Source: a bacterium (GTDB lineage Bacteria > Electryoneota > Electryoneia > Electryoneales > Electryoneaceae). From it: DNA of 64,000 bases. The stretch covers positions 2,112,001-2,176,000 of the forward strand of contig CAXXKJ010000002.1 of assembly GCA_963675295.2 (NCBI GenBank), given 5' to 3'. Position 1 is the stretch's first letter; each line of letters begins with the position of its first letter. The position numbers and the translations under genes were made by a program. Below, piece by piece: positions 52,307 to 63,868 of this stretch. The notes beneath the pieces are model-generated. The model had not been told where the DNA came from. It searched no databases and saw only the letters and a program-made list of their open reading frames with translations.

Positions 52307-54766
52307 TCACTTCAGCAGCATCGCCTTGCGGGTGACGGTTTCCGTGCCGAACCGCACCTGCACCAAGTACAGGCCGCTGGCGAGGTTGTGTTGACCGGCG
52401 TCGAACGTCCATTTGGTCTGACCTGCATAACGCCCGCGCAGCGTTTCCGCCGCCACCTCCCGGCCGAGCACATCGAACACGCGGATCCGCACGTCCTCAT
52501 TGGTCGGCAACTGCAATGTCATCGTGAATGTCGGATTGAACGGATTCGGCGTCACCGCACTCACCTCGAAGCGGGTGGGCAGGGCGGAGGACGCGGTGAC
52601 TGTCAGCGAAGTGACCGGCCGTTCCCCGAATCGGGGCTTCACACCCGCGATGACACAAGCCAATTTATTCTGATGGCTGTCCCGAATCTGGACGGTCATT
52701 TCCGACCCGGCGGCGAACCCCGGGATGCCCAGCGCACGGTCGCCTTCCCAGCAGATCAGCGTCGCGCTGCCGGTTTCGTCGATGAATCCACTGCCGACGA
52801 CGGTTCCGTCCGCCAGCAGTTCAACGATCTCCGCGTCACGCTCGATCAGGCTTTCGTCCACCTGCACCCGTGCCAGCCAGCCGATCCCGCTGGACGGTGG
52901 GGCGGAAGGGGCCGCTGGAAGCGTTGCACGCGGCGTGGCGATGATTTCCGCGTCTGTCTGTTGGCTGTTGTAAGTGAAGTTGACGTCATGGTTTACCCAG
53001 ATGCGGTAACCGTCGCCCGGCACCATCTCCGGCAGGGTCTGCATCACGCCCGGCCACCAGAACTCGCCGTTATCGTTCATCAGCACCACAACTTGATCCA
53101 CGATATCCGCCAGCGCCACCGCCGGATTACTCGGCTCGGACAAGGTGTACGCGAGGTAATTCCATTGCCCGGTCTCGAGCGTGTGGATCAGGTTTGGCGA
53201 GAGTGGAGCGCCGGTGAGGTGCAACGTGATCGGGGCGGAACTGTAAACTCCGTATCCCTCGCGCGGATCGGCAACGGTCAGGTTGCCCATCCCACTGGGT
53301 AGCCAGAGTCCGCCGTGATCGTTGACCGCCGCCTGAATGGTCGCCGCCGAACCGAACACGTTGTCTGCGTTCGTCCACGCTGGTCGCAAATTGAAAGAAA
53401 TCAGTTCCCATCGGTCACCGGACAGGTACACCGTCTGTTCCTGCTCCTGAAGGCCATGTAGCATCGACACGCTGGATCCGATTCCGGTACCGAAGTAGCC
53501 GTTGCCGACGGCGAACTCGGCGGACGCCGGGTGTTCTTGCTCTGAATCCCGGCACCAGATCCGGAACTGAATACGTTCTCCCGGCACAAAGCCTGGCAAC
53601 TCGCCGGGCTGTTGCTGCCATGCCATCACCGCCAGCGGCCACGTACCGGTTACACGTGCTGCGCCGACACAGAGATTATTGTCATACAAGGCGATCTCAT
53701 CGCCGGGTTGCAACGGTGTCCCTTCGAAATCAGCCTGCTGTATTGCCACCGGATAACCCAGCCCCGTCGCAGCAACGGGATTGAAGTGGGTGATCGGTGC
53801 GGATTCGATCGCGGGCAGGTAGCTGACGAGGTTGTAGTCCCAGGTATCGTCGGGGATATAGATCATGTACGGGCCGGCGTGGGCGGCATTTGAGTTGTAC
53901 GTGCTGAAGTTGAAGTTTCCGCGCTGAACGAGGTTGTCCGCGTAAGTCAGGTCAAAGATGCGCCCATCATAATAGCCGAAATTCTCATGAAAGTAGTCGA
54001 ACATAACCCAATTGTCATGTTGGCCCAATTGCACGAAATGATCGATGTTCGTGATTTCCATGATCGCCAGGAAACCGTAGTTGTACTCGTTGTTGAAGGC
54101 CTGGTAATAGAGTCGGCCATCCTGAATGCCCAGCTTGTCCGTGTTGCGGATGTGCAACGAATGGAAGGTTTCGGCCAGGTAGGGTGCGGTCGGATCATGC
54201 ACGTCGATGATGCTGATGATTTCATATCCTTCCTTTTTCAAGAAAAGGAAATCATCGTAAAACGCAAAATCACTGTAGGAAAATGTATTGATCTCCGACA
54301 AAAGCTGCGGATTCGTGTAGCTCGTATAATCGTAAATGCTGATCGAAGACGTAGAAAACGTGAACAAAAGGCTGTCTCGAAATACCATACGATTGGGATT
54401 CTCGACAAACAAACCAAGATCAACAGGATCACTCCATGAATTGACATAAAAGACCCGTGTTTCATTTGACATTCCCACATACAGAACATCACCAAACAAG
54501 TTGACTCGGTTGATCGTGTACGTCGTGGTTATCTCGCCGAGATAGATCGGGTTGAACAAGTCGGATACATCCCAGGCCCACAAATGCCAACCGAAATCGA
54601 AATACCAGGCCATCAGGACATCGTCCTCAAGTTTGATATCGGATGGAGCTTCCGGAAGTCCGAGATCGAGCGTTTGCACGATTTCCGTGTTCCAGTTCTG
54701 CGCATGCAGGGTGAGGGGCAGCAGAATGGCGGCGAACAGCAGCACAACAGCGGTGAGATGCTTCAT
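52307..54766 (-). CDS. Secreted multidomain protein with T9SS-type CTD
   Basis: MKHLTAVVLLFAAILLPLTLHA signal; LVIVD-like N-half; GDEIALYD..LCVGA domain; PNPFNP...RKAMLLK. Confidence 0.88.
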   Translation of the reverse strand: MKHLTAVVLLFAAILLPLTLHAQNWNTEIVQTLDLGLPEAPSDIKLEDDVLMAWYFDFGWHLWAWDVSDLFNPIYLGEITTTYTINRVNLFGDVLYVGMSNETRVFYVNSWSDPVDLGLFVENPNRMVFRDSLLFTFSTSSISIYDYTSYTNPQLLSEINTFSYSDFAFYDDFLFLKKEGYEIISIIDVHDPTAPYLAETFHSLHIRNTDKLGIQDGRLYYQAFNNEYNYGFLAIMEITNIDHFVQLGQHDNWVMFDYFHENFGYYDGRIFDLTYADNLVQRGNFNFSTYNSNAAHAGPYMIYIPDDTWDYNLVSYLPAIESAPITHFNPVAATGLGYPVAIQQADFEGTPLQPGDEIALYDNNLCVGAARVTGTWPLAVMAWQQQPGELPGFVPGERIQFRIWCRDSEQEHPASAEFAVGNGYFGTGIGSSVSMLHGLQEQEQTVYLSGDRWELISFNLRPAWTNADNVFGSAATIQAAVNDHGGLWLPSGMGNLTVADPREGYGVYSSAPITLHLTGAPLSPNLIHTLETGQWNYLAYTLSEPSNPAVALADIVDQVVVLMNDNGEFWWPGVMQTLPEMVPGDGYRIWVNHDVNFTYNSQQTDAEIIATPRATLPAAPSAPPSSGIGWLARVQVDESLIERDAEIVELLADGTVVGSGFIDETGSATLICWEGDRALGIPGFAAGSEMTVQIRDSHQNKLACVIAGVKPRFGERPVTSLTVTASSALPTRFEVSAVTPNPFNPTFTMTLQLPTNEDVRIRVFDVLGREVAAETLRGRYAGQTKWTFDAGQHNLASGLYLVQVRFGTETVTRKAMLLK

Positions 54767-54921
54767 TTCATCCTCCCTGGATGATGATTCATGGTGCGCA
54801 AAGATTCGGCACCGTGCGGACATTGGGGGTTCGTTGTAATGTGGGGGAAACGTGCGGCGTGGTCAAGCAAACCGGAAAAAATCATAGGATTCCCGGCCGG
54901 CGTGTCTCGGCTGCTGAGACG

Positions 54922-54951
54922 AAAAACGGGGAACCGCATGGGCTCCCCGTC
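54922..54951 (-). terminator. Terminator after rplT
   Basis: Minus strand ACGGGGAGCCCATGCGGTTCCCCGT followed by Ts. Confidence 0.75.
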
Positions 54952-54991
54952 TTGATCTCAGGGTACATAAGGATACAGCTGCCGTGTAGAC

Positions 54992-55339
54992 TCAGGCCTT
55001 GACCTGGTCGACGATCGCGGCGAAAGCGTCCGGATCGTGGTACGCGACATGGGCCAGCGCCTTGCGGTCGAGGCCGATGTTCTTTTCCTTGAGCGCGTGC
55101 ATGAACTGGGAGTAGCTCATCCCGTTCGCGCGCGTGGCTGCATTGATACGGGTGATCCACAGCTTGCGCATTTCACGGCGGCGGACCCGACGGTGCGCAT
55201 AGCTGTACTGGCCGGCGCGTTCGGTCAGCCGTGTCGCGGCGCGGATGGTCGATTTTCCACGTCCGAAGAACCCCTTGGCCCGCTTCAGTACTCTCTTGCG
55301 TCGCTGCTTGGACGCCGGGTTGTTGGTTGCCCGTGGCAT
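54992..55339 (-). CDS. rplT: 50S ribosomal protein L20
   Basis: MPRA...RRKRVLKRAKGFFG, LWITRINAA, MSYSQF, LDRKALA. Confidence 0.98.
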   Translation of the reverse strand: MPRATNNPASKQRRKRVLKRAKGFFGRGKSTIRAATRLTERAGQYSYAHRRVRRREMRKLWITRINAATRANGMSYSQFMHALKEKNIGLDRKALAHVAYHDPDAFAAIVDQVKA

Positions 55340-55365
55340 ATCTGCACTCCTTCTTGCTCGAAATC

Positions 55366-55566
55366 TTAGTGGGACGGACCGATCATCCGTTCAACGCGCC
55401 TGACGTCCACCTTGGCTACGAGGCCGGCCTTGGCCAGTTTGCGCTTGCGGTCGCGTGCTTTCTTCGTCAGCATATGGCTTTTACAGCTCTTGTGACGACG
55501 AATCTTACCGGTGCCTGTGCGACGGAAGCGCTTAGCCGCGGCGCGATTGGTTCTCATCTTCGGCAT
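55366..55566 (-). CDS. rpmI: 50S ribosomal protein L35
   Basis: [21 protein letters not shown]. Confidence 0.98.
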   Translation of the reverse strand: MPKMRTNRAAAKRFRRTGTGKIRRHKSCKSHMLTKKARDRKRKLAKAGLVAKVDVRRVERMIGPSH

Positions 55567-55651
55567 CTGACTATCCTTGCATGTGCAAACAAAAAACCGG
55601 TTTCGGTTGTTCTGCCCCGGGACCGGTTTCGATTATCCACCGTGATCGGGC

Positions 55652-56200
55652 TTACTTCTTCTGGAAGGTCATCACCATGTTTCGGTGGCCTTCCATACCG
55701 ATCGGGCCCTCCAGCTTCGCGATGTCCTTGACTTCTTCCACGAAGCGATGCATCACTTCTTCACCCAGTTCCTTGTGGGTGATCATGCGGCCCTTGAACA
55801 TCAAGGTGATTTTCACCTTGTCGCCATCTTCAATAAACGATCGGATCGACCGGACCTTGGTCTGGAAGTCGTGGTCGTCAATCTTCGGCGAAACTCGAAT
55901 CTTCTTGATTTGTACGCTGTGTCCGCGTTTCCGGCTGTCTTTTTCCTTCTTCTGCAGCTCGTAACGGAACTTGCCGTAATCCATCACACGGCAAACGGGC
56001 GGTTTCGCGTTCGGGGCGACTTCGACGAGATCGAGTTCGCTGCCTTCGGCGATTTCCAGCGCCTTTTCCGTGGGTACGATGCCAACCTGCGTACCGTCCG
56101 CGTCGATGAGGCGAACCTCGGGGACACGTATTTGATCATTCACCCGGTGGGTGGGAGCCGCCGGCTCCGGTTTCCGGGGATTACTGCGTCCGTAAGCGAT
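55652..56200 (-). CDS. infC: Translation initiation factor IF-3, probable ATC start
   Basis: NDQIRVPEVRLID, DLVEVAPNAKPPVCRVMDYGKF; in-frame ATC at 56200 lies 10 nt after GAGG. Confidence 0.95.
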   Translation of the reverse strand: MAYGRSNPRKPEPAAPTHRVNDQIRVPEVRLIDADGTQVGIVPTEKALEIAEGSELDLVEVAPNAKPPVCRVMDYGKFRYELQKKEKDSRKRGHSVQIKKIRVSPKIDDHDFQTKVRSIRSFIEDGDKVKITLMFKGRMITHKELGEEVMHRFVEEVKDIAKLEGPIGMEGHRNMVMTFQKK

Positions 56201-56236
56201 AGTTCATCGTCCTCGTGGTGAATCTTGCTGATACAG

Positions 56237-56310
56237 TGGGCGTTACTGGAGTCGAACCAGTGACCTCTGCCATGTCAAGACAGCGCTCTAACCAACTGAG
56301 CTAAACGCCC
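56237..56310 (-). tRNA. tRNA-Val(GAC)
   Basis: GGGCGTTTAGCTCAG...CTGTC-TTGACAT-GGCAG...GGTTCGACTCC. Confidence 0.93.
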
Positions 56311-56401
56311 GAAGGTACAACGAACCGGTGAATTCAGACAATGCCGGTCAGGAAGTTTGCAGAGCAAGCCGGGCGGATGGTATCCGGCCACCCGTTCCCG
56401 C

Positions 56402-56487
56402 TGGTGCCGGGAGCCGGACTCGAACCGGCACGGGGAAACCCCCGGGAGATTTTAAGTCTCCTGCGTCTGCCATTTCGCCACCCCGGC
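56402..56487 (-). tRNA. tRNA-Leu(TAA)
   Basis: GCCGGGGTGGCGAAATGGCAGACGC-AGGAGA-CTTAAAA-TCTCC, long variable arm, CCA end. Confidence 0.93.
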
Positions 56488-56585
56488 GTGTGCAGGTGGG
56501 GCGGGAAACGGAGGAGCCGGTGATGCTGGCCCATCCATGGTCGTCAAAGAACCGTCCGGCGTACTTTCGTGCCGCTTCAAACACC

Positions 56586-56661
56586 TGGAGGCGGCGGCCG
56601 GATTCGAACCGGCGAATAAAGGTTTTGCAGACCTTCGCCTTAGCCACTTGGCCACGCCGCC
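56586..56661 (-). tRNA. tRNA-Cys(GCA)
   Basis: GGCGGCGTGGCCAAGTGGCTAAGGC...CTGCAAA...GGTTCGAATCC, CCA end. Confidence 0.93.
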
Positions 56662-56755
56662 TTGTGGTCAGTATCGACCATTACCAAACGGTAATGTACC
56701 TCGGCGAGGTGGAAAAACCCCGGACCAGGCGTCCTTGGGGACCCTCACCCGGGGC

Positions 56756-56831
56756 TGGAGCGAGAGACGGGACTCGAACCCGCGACAACCACGTTGGCAA
56801 CGTGGAGCTCTACCAACTGAGCTACTCTCGC
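56756..56831 (-). tRNA. tRNA-Gly(GCC)
   Basis: GCGAGAGTAGCTCAGTTGGTAGAGC-TCCACG-TTGCCAA-CGTGG...GGTTCGAGTCC, CCA end. Confidence 0.93.
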
Positions 56832-56933
56832 TAGCTGTCAACCGTATGAGAAACCGAAAAACTCTCATACGTTTTTGCAACGACCGGAGAAGGTAACTCC
56901 GGCCATTCTGGAATGCAAGATCCCCTGAGTACG

Positions 56934-57006
56934 TGGAGCCTAGCGGGATCGAACCGCTGACCTCCTGAATGCCATTCAGGCGCTCTCCCAGCTGAGCTAA
57001 GGCCCC
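56934..57006 (-). tRNA. tRNA-Ala(GGC)
   Basis: GGGGCCTTAGCTCAGCTGGGAGAGCG-CCTGA-ATGGCAT-TCAGG...GGTTCGATCCC. Confidence 0.93.
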
Positions 57007-57106
57007 GAAACCACTCGCGGAAGTTCAAGCATCCCGTTTCGCGAGCGGCTGAGAATATACGAGGGGTGATACACCCTGTCAAGCGGAGCGACGGAGGCGA
57101 TTTGCC

Positions 57107-57547
57107 TCACCCTTGCACCACCAGCACTGGAATCGGAGAATTCCGTACGACTCGTTCCGCGACCGACCCCAGCAACATCTTGCCAATGTTGCCCCGGCCA
57201 CGGGTCGCCATCACTACGACATCCCCGGCAACCTCTTCGATCACACTGATAATCTTGTGGCGCGGGTTTCCCTCCCGAATCACGATCTCGATCGGAACAT
57301 CCACAGAGAACTGTTCGAGGGCTTCTTCAATCGACTTCCGGGCCTTGGCGGCACGTTCCTTGACCACCTCGTTGAAATGCTCAACGGAGACACGCAGGAA
57401 TTGCCGTTCATCGTGACTGATAAACTCCTCGTGCATGTTGATAATGGTAATCTTGCCGCCGTAGGTCTGCGCCAGGTTCAATGCGACCGGGAACGCGGCA
57501 AACGAGGCCTCGGAACCATCCGTCGGAAATAGAATATGCTTGAACAT
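57107..57547 (-). CDS. Universal stress protein
   Basis: MFKHILFPTDGS, DVVVMATRGRG, LLGSVAERVVRNSPIPVLVV. Confidence 0.95.
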   Translation of the reverse strand: MFKHILFPTDGSEASFAAFPVALNLAQTYGGKITIINMHEEFISHDERQFLRVSVEHFNEVVKERAAKARKSIEEALEQFSVDVPIEIVIREGNPRHKIISVIEEVAGDVVVMATRGRGNIGKMLLGSVAERVVRNSPIPVLVVQG

Positions 57548-57576
57548 GAAACTCTCCCCTTAAACTCTTCCCCGGA

Positions 57577-59184
57577 TCAGATGAAGAAGATGAAGGTGAC
57601 GATGGCAAACAGTGGCACCAGGATTCCGATCGACCACAACATGTACCCGAAGAAGCTCGGCATCTTGATGTTCTGCTCTTCCGCGATCGACCGCACCATG
57701 AAGTTCGGTGCGTTGCCGATGTAAGTCATCGCTCCGAAGAACACCGCACCCGCCGCAATCGCCCGCAGGACTTCACGGAACACAAATTCGGCCTCATGAT
57801 GCAGGTTGCCGGTCAGGATTCCATTCACCATCGCATCCGACAAGCCCAGCCGTCCCTCCGCGAGGTTAAAGAATGTCAGGTACGTCGGGGCATTATCCAG
57901 GAACGACGACAGCGCACCGGTGATCCAGAAGAACTGTACCGGTTCCTTCGTCGCTTCAATAATGAACGCCAGGTGTCCGGCCATCCCCGCCTTGAGCATC
58001 GCCAGCATCGGAATGATGCACATGAAGATACCCGCGAACAGGTACGCCACTTCCTTGATCGGGAACCAGTTAAACTCGTTGCCCTTGCGCACTTCCTGCT
58101 TCGTCGTCTTGATCGAGAGGAATACCATCAGCAGGATGAACACGTCGCGGACAATTGAGCTCCACGCGATGTGCAGCCCGGCAAACTCCAGCGACCCGAG
58201 TTTTGCGATACCGCTGAACAGGACGGCGCCGATGATTCCAGCGAGGAACAGGAAGTTGTGCGTGCCATGCAGGCTGAGCGGAATCTTCTCGCCTTCATGC
58301 TTGGCCAGCTCCGCCGCGAACTTCTCCTTCTCCTTATTGAACAGGATGGTGTCGAGGACGAAATAAATCAGCAGCAGCGCCACCACCATCACCGCCATGT
58401 GCGGGAACAGGTTGAAGGTCCAGAAGAACGGGACACCGTGCAGGAACCCGAGGAACAGCGGCGGGTCGCCGAGCGGCGTCAAGCTGCCGCCGATGTTCGC
58501 CACCAGGAAGATAAAGAACACGACACTGTGCACCTTGTACTGCCGGTTCTTGTTCGCGCGAAGCAACGGCCGGATCATCACCATCGCCGCGCCAGTCGTT
58601 CCCATCCACGATGCGAGGATCGTCCCGATCAGCAGCAGGATCAGGTTCACCACCGGCCGGCCAACCAGCGATCCCTTCAACAGGATGCCGCCGGAAGCCG
58701 TGAATAGCCCCCATAACAGGATGATAAAGGGTATGTAGTCGGCGATGTAGATGTGCAGGATCTCGTGCAACGCCGCACCTTTGTACGCGATCAGGAACGG
58801 AATCGCAAACAACAGCGCCCAGAAGGCGGAAATCTTCGGGAAATGGTGATGCCACCACACCGGCGCGAACAACGGGAACAGCGCGATCGAGAGCAGAATC
58901 CCCGCGAACGGGATCGCGCTCCACAAAGGCAGCATCGCACCGAGGTCACCATGGCCGCCGCCATGGCCATCGCCGTGCATCTCTTCGGCGGCATGACCGC
59001 CCGCTCCGTGTTCGGCAGTGTCGGCGCCGTGGTCGCCGGTCATTGCTTCATGACCGTCTTCCTGGGCCTGCATGTGGGACTCTTCGCCGTGGGTCGTAGC
59101 GTCTTCGTGGTGGTCCTGGGCAACGGCGAGTGGGGCGAGACAACAAAGTAACAGCACAACGCCAAGCGTCAGCATCCTGCTCAT
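57577..59184 (-). CDS. Putative Na+/H+ antiporter (IT superfamily) with signal peptide and His-rich N-terminal extension
   Basis: PFAGILLSIALFPL, GTTGAAM, ANIGGSLTPLGDPPLFLGF, SSFLDNAPTY, YIGNAPNFMV; ATG 59184 after AGGGAG. Confidence 0.9.
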   Translation of the reverse strand: MSRMLTLGVVLLLCCLAPLAVAQDHHEDATTHGEESHMQAQEDGHEAMTGDHGADTAEHGAGGHAAEEMHGDGHGGGHGDLGAMLPLWSAIPFAGILLSIALFPLFAPVWWHHHFPKISAFWALLFAIPFLIAYKGAALHEILHIYIADYIPFIILLWGLFTASGGILLKGSLVGRPVVNLILLLIGTILASWMGTTGAAMVMIRPLLRANKNRQYKVHSVVFFIFLVANIGGSLTPLGDPPLFLGFLHGVPFFWTFNLFPHMAVMVVALLLIYFVLDTILFNKEKEKFAAELAKHEGEKIPLSLHGTHNFLFLAGIIGAVLFSGIAKLGSLEFAGLHIAWSSIVRDVFILLMVFLSIKTTKQEVRKGNEFNWFPIKEVAYLFAGIFMCIIPMLAMLKAGMAGHLAFIIEATKEPVQFFWITGALSSFLDNAPTYLTFFNLAEGRLGLSDAMVNGILTGNLHHEAEFVFREVLRAIAAGAVFFGAMTYIGNAPNFMVRSIAEEQNIKMPSFFGYMLWSIGILVPLFAIVTFIFFI

Positions 59185-59417
59185 GGCATTCTCCCTGATG
59201 CTGCAATCTTTGTGAAATCCGCCAAAACTTTCGGCGGAATTTGTGAAACCATTCGCGGAAGATACGGGATCTGTTTGAGCACGGCAAGCCGAAGATGAAT
59301 AAGTCTCACGGCAACCCATCAACCGGCAACTCAGCCTTGCATTGCGCGTGTCAGGGTACAACTTGACGAGTCCCCTGATATCCTTGAACAGTTTGACGGC
59401 TGCACGGAGTGAGATCG

Positions 59418-61362
<1,945 letters not shown>

Positions 61363-61367
<5 letters not shown>

Positions 61368-61468
61368 GATGTGAGATACGAGATGTGAGACTATAGAGGA
61401 TGCTGTGTGATGTGCTGTGTGATGTGATGTGCGATGTGCTGTGAGATGTGTGCTATGAGATGTGAGCA
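61363..61468 (+). repeat. Heptamer arrays (GTGAGAT/GTGATGT/GCTGTGT) starting at the ligase stop codon
   Basis: Read directly; followed by palindromes CCACCGCGTAGCGGTGG (two copies) and GTGTGGCTTCAGCCACAC. Confidence 0.8.
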
Positions 61469-61617
61469 CTGACAGCCACCGCGTAGCGGTGGAACGTGGT
61501 TAGCGTGTGGCTTCAGCCACACGGACGGATGGACGAACTCATGAAGTTGCTGCAAACCACCGCGTAGCGGTGGAGCGAGGTTAGCCATCTTGCCCGTGTT
61601 GGCTTGCCCAATGCGGG

Positions 61618-61899
61618 TCAACTTCTTTCGGCCCCCGCCTTCCCCTGGTAATCCTCGAGCATTCCTTCCAGCCGCGCACGCAACCGCTCAACATACTCCG
61701 GTATCGCCTCAACGGTCGTCACTTTCAACCCACCCAGGAGCAGCGGACTGTTCTCGTAGGACAGCCGCTCCGGCAGGCTGGTCTTCAGGTCGACAACGAA
61801 CCGGTGCAGATGTGCGAGGTCCGCGCTGGCTGAAATGGTATCCAGTTCGGTTAACGCCGCCTGCAGCCGTTTGATCGTTTTGACGTAGATCGCGCGCAT
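61618..61899 (-). CDS. Small hypothetical helical protein
   Basis: ORF with plausible amphipathic helices; start uncertain. Confidence 0.5.
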   Translation of the reverse strand: MRAIYVKTIKRLQAALTELDTISASADLAHLHRFVVDLKTSLPERLSYENSPLLLGGLKVTTVEAIPEYVERLRARLEGMLEDYQGKAGAERS

Positions 61900-62279
61900 G
61901 GCTGAAAGATCGTGATTTTCGCCGGGAGATGGAATCGCTTTTCTCTCAGGATTCTGGCACTGAGGTTGGCGAATTCGCTCTCGCTGCATGGTTTGTGCGC
62001 CGTATCACAGAGAGCGCGGGCTTTTCAAGCTATTCTGAAACTGGGTATTACCCGTAAGGGCATACCCCGGACCCGCCGGCTACGTCACCCTCCTCCACGT
62101 ACGGCGGGTTCTTTTTATCTTGCGTATCTTGTCGTGGGTCTCCATCGTGCAGGATCGTGTCCGTCCCCCCGAATACCGGTCATCGAATTCGTGAAATGAA
62201 CCGCAAGGCGGCACCCGTTCTCTTGCAGCGGTTGTGGACTCGGGCTATATTGGCGCATTGTTTTCAAGGGAGGCGACTG

Positions 62280-63434
62280 ATGTCGGAACTGCGAGCCTGG
62301 ATTCGTGCTCAGCGGGAACAAGGGTACGGCACTCTCCACCTGTATCGCGCGTTGGCGTTGGCTGAGGCGGCGGTCAAGGAGGGGATTGGCAAGCTCACGG
62401 TAGTTACAGATGACGGCGGAGCTGACTATCTCCGCGATCAACTGCCGGACGGTGTGGAGATCGAGGTGATCTCCGGATCGTTGACCCAGGAGCAGGAATC
62501 CGCCCGTTTAATCGACATGATGAAGGAATATGTCCCGTCGCGTGTCGATTCCCGGCACCCGCGCCCGTTGGTCTATCTCTGCGGCCACAAGTACGAGGCC
62601 GACTACCAGCGTCGCTTGTGGAAGGCGGGGATCGAGGTCGTGGTGATTGCGGACGAGGGACAGCCGACCTTTGCGGACTACTACGTCATCCCGAAACCGT
62701 ACGGTGGCGAGCTCGGCATCCAGTCGATCAGCGGCTACACGCGGTTCCTGCGTGGTGGCCACTACGCGCCGCTGACCATCCGTGCGATGAAGGGCATTTA
62801 CCAGCATCACGACCACCGCACCTACGCCGAACATTTTTCCATCGCCACCGAAAATCTCGACACCGACAAGTGGTTGCCGGTGATCGGGGAAGCCATCGGC
62901 CAGCTGAAGCCGCCGGTGGACCGGGAGTTCAATCCGTCGATCATGCTGCTGCCGGGCGTGGATTGCCCGTCGGACGAAGAACTGCGCCAGAAGTTGGGCA
63001 ACACCGGCAGTGCGAAGGTGGAAATCGCCGCGGGACGCCGGGACCAGGTCAAGGAGCTGGTCGATACGGACGTACTGTTCGCGGCGGACGGCATCCTCTT
63101 GCAGCAGGCGCTGGCGATTGGGACCGTTCGGGTTGCGTTGCCGCGCCGTGGCGAGGAACACGACCTGATGTACGATCACCTGATTCGTCGTGAGGCGTCG
63201 CCGGTCATGCCGGACCCGATCAGCAACGATTTCAAGGACCGGATGGACGAAATGATGCGTCGAGTCTGTTTCGACGCGTCGTGGCGCCGTGGCCAGAACC
63301 GTATCGGGCAGTACCTCTGCGACGGCATCGGCAGCATCCGCATCATTCGCCAGACCGCGTTCAAGGTGTATGCCACGCCGCAGAATCTGATCCGCTTCTT
63401 CGAGATGGGTGATCCGCTGATTCCGAACCTGTGA
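62280..63434 (+). CDS. PseG/SpsG-like GT-B fold nucleotide-sugar hydrolase/glycosyltransferase (divergent)
   Basis: N-terminal IRAQREQGYGTLHLYRALALA, LRGGHYAPL, DVLFAADG...ALAIG, CDGIGSIRI; GGAGG before ATG. Confidence 0.6.
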   Translation: MSELRAWIRAQREQGYGTLHLYRALALAEAAVKEGIGKLTVVTDDGGADYLRDQLPDGVEIEVISGSLTQEQESARLIDMMKEYVPSRVDSRHPRPLVYLCGHKYEADYQRRLWKAGIEVVVIADEGQPTFADYYVIPKPYGGELGIQSISGYTRFLRGGHYAPLTIRAMKGIYQHHDHRTYAEHFSIATENLDTDKWLPVIGEAIGQLKPPVDREFNPSIMLLPGVDCPSDEELRQKLGNTGSAKVEIAAGRRDQVKELVDTDVLFAADGILLQQALAIGTVRVALPRRGEEHDLMYDHLIRREASPVMPDPISNDFKDRMDEMMRRVCFDASWRRGQNRIGQYLCDGIGSIRIIRQTAFKVYATPQNLIRFFEMGDPLIPNL

Positions 63435-63536
63435 TGCTCATCCTGAGCTTGATTCTGCGCCCGCGCCGTCTGACGCGGGCGTTTTTACGTCGTATGTTGG
63501 CGTACACTCAACCCGCTTTGATTCAGGAGACGTGAG

Positions 63537-63857
63537 ATGAAGCGTATGTTCGCGGCACTGCTGGTGCTGCTGCTGGTAAGCTTGCCGTTGACGCCCGTAC
63601 TCTCGCAGGAAAGCAGCAAGGAGTACAAGATTGAGACGATGGCCCAGAACGACAACTGGGTGCTGGTCGAAAAACGGGCGCGAATCGGCGCCGGAACGAC
63701 CAACTATTACCTGCACAAGGACAAGATCATCTCCATCGAGCTGCGTTACCCGAGTGAGGTGACGATCACGATGGAAGAGAAGGTCCAGTACAACCTCGAG
63801 TTCGTCAGCAATCTCGTGGCGAGCCAGTTTGTCCGTGACCTGGTCGCGAACCTGTAA
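63537..63857 (+). CDS. Small secreted hypothetical protein
   Basis: AGGAG RBS; signal peptide MKRMFAALLVLLLVSLPLTPVLS. Confidence 0.7.
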   Translation: MKRMFAALLVLLLVSLPLTPVLSQESSKEYKIETMAQNDNWVLVEKRARIGAGTTNYYLHKDKIISIELRYPSEVTITMEEKVQYNLEFVSNLVASQFVRDLVANL

Positions 63858-63868
63858 CGGGATCACCG

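Noticed and set aside
37246-54766. Prophage or integron
   Set aside because: No integrase, phage structural genes or attC-like sites recognised
56402-56487. tRNA-Sec candidate (long variable arm)
   Set aside because: Anticodon is TAA with a normal 7-bp acceptor stem, i.e. tRNA-Leu
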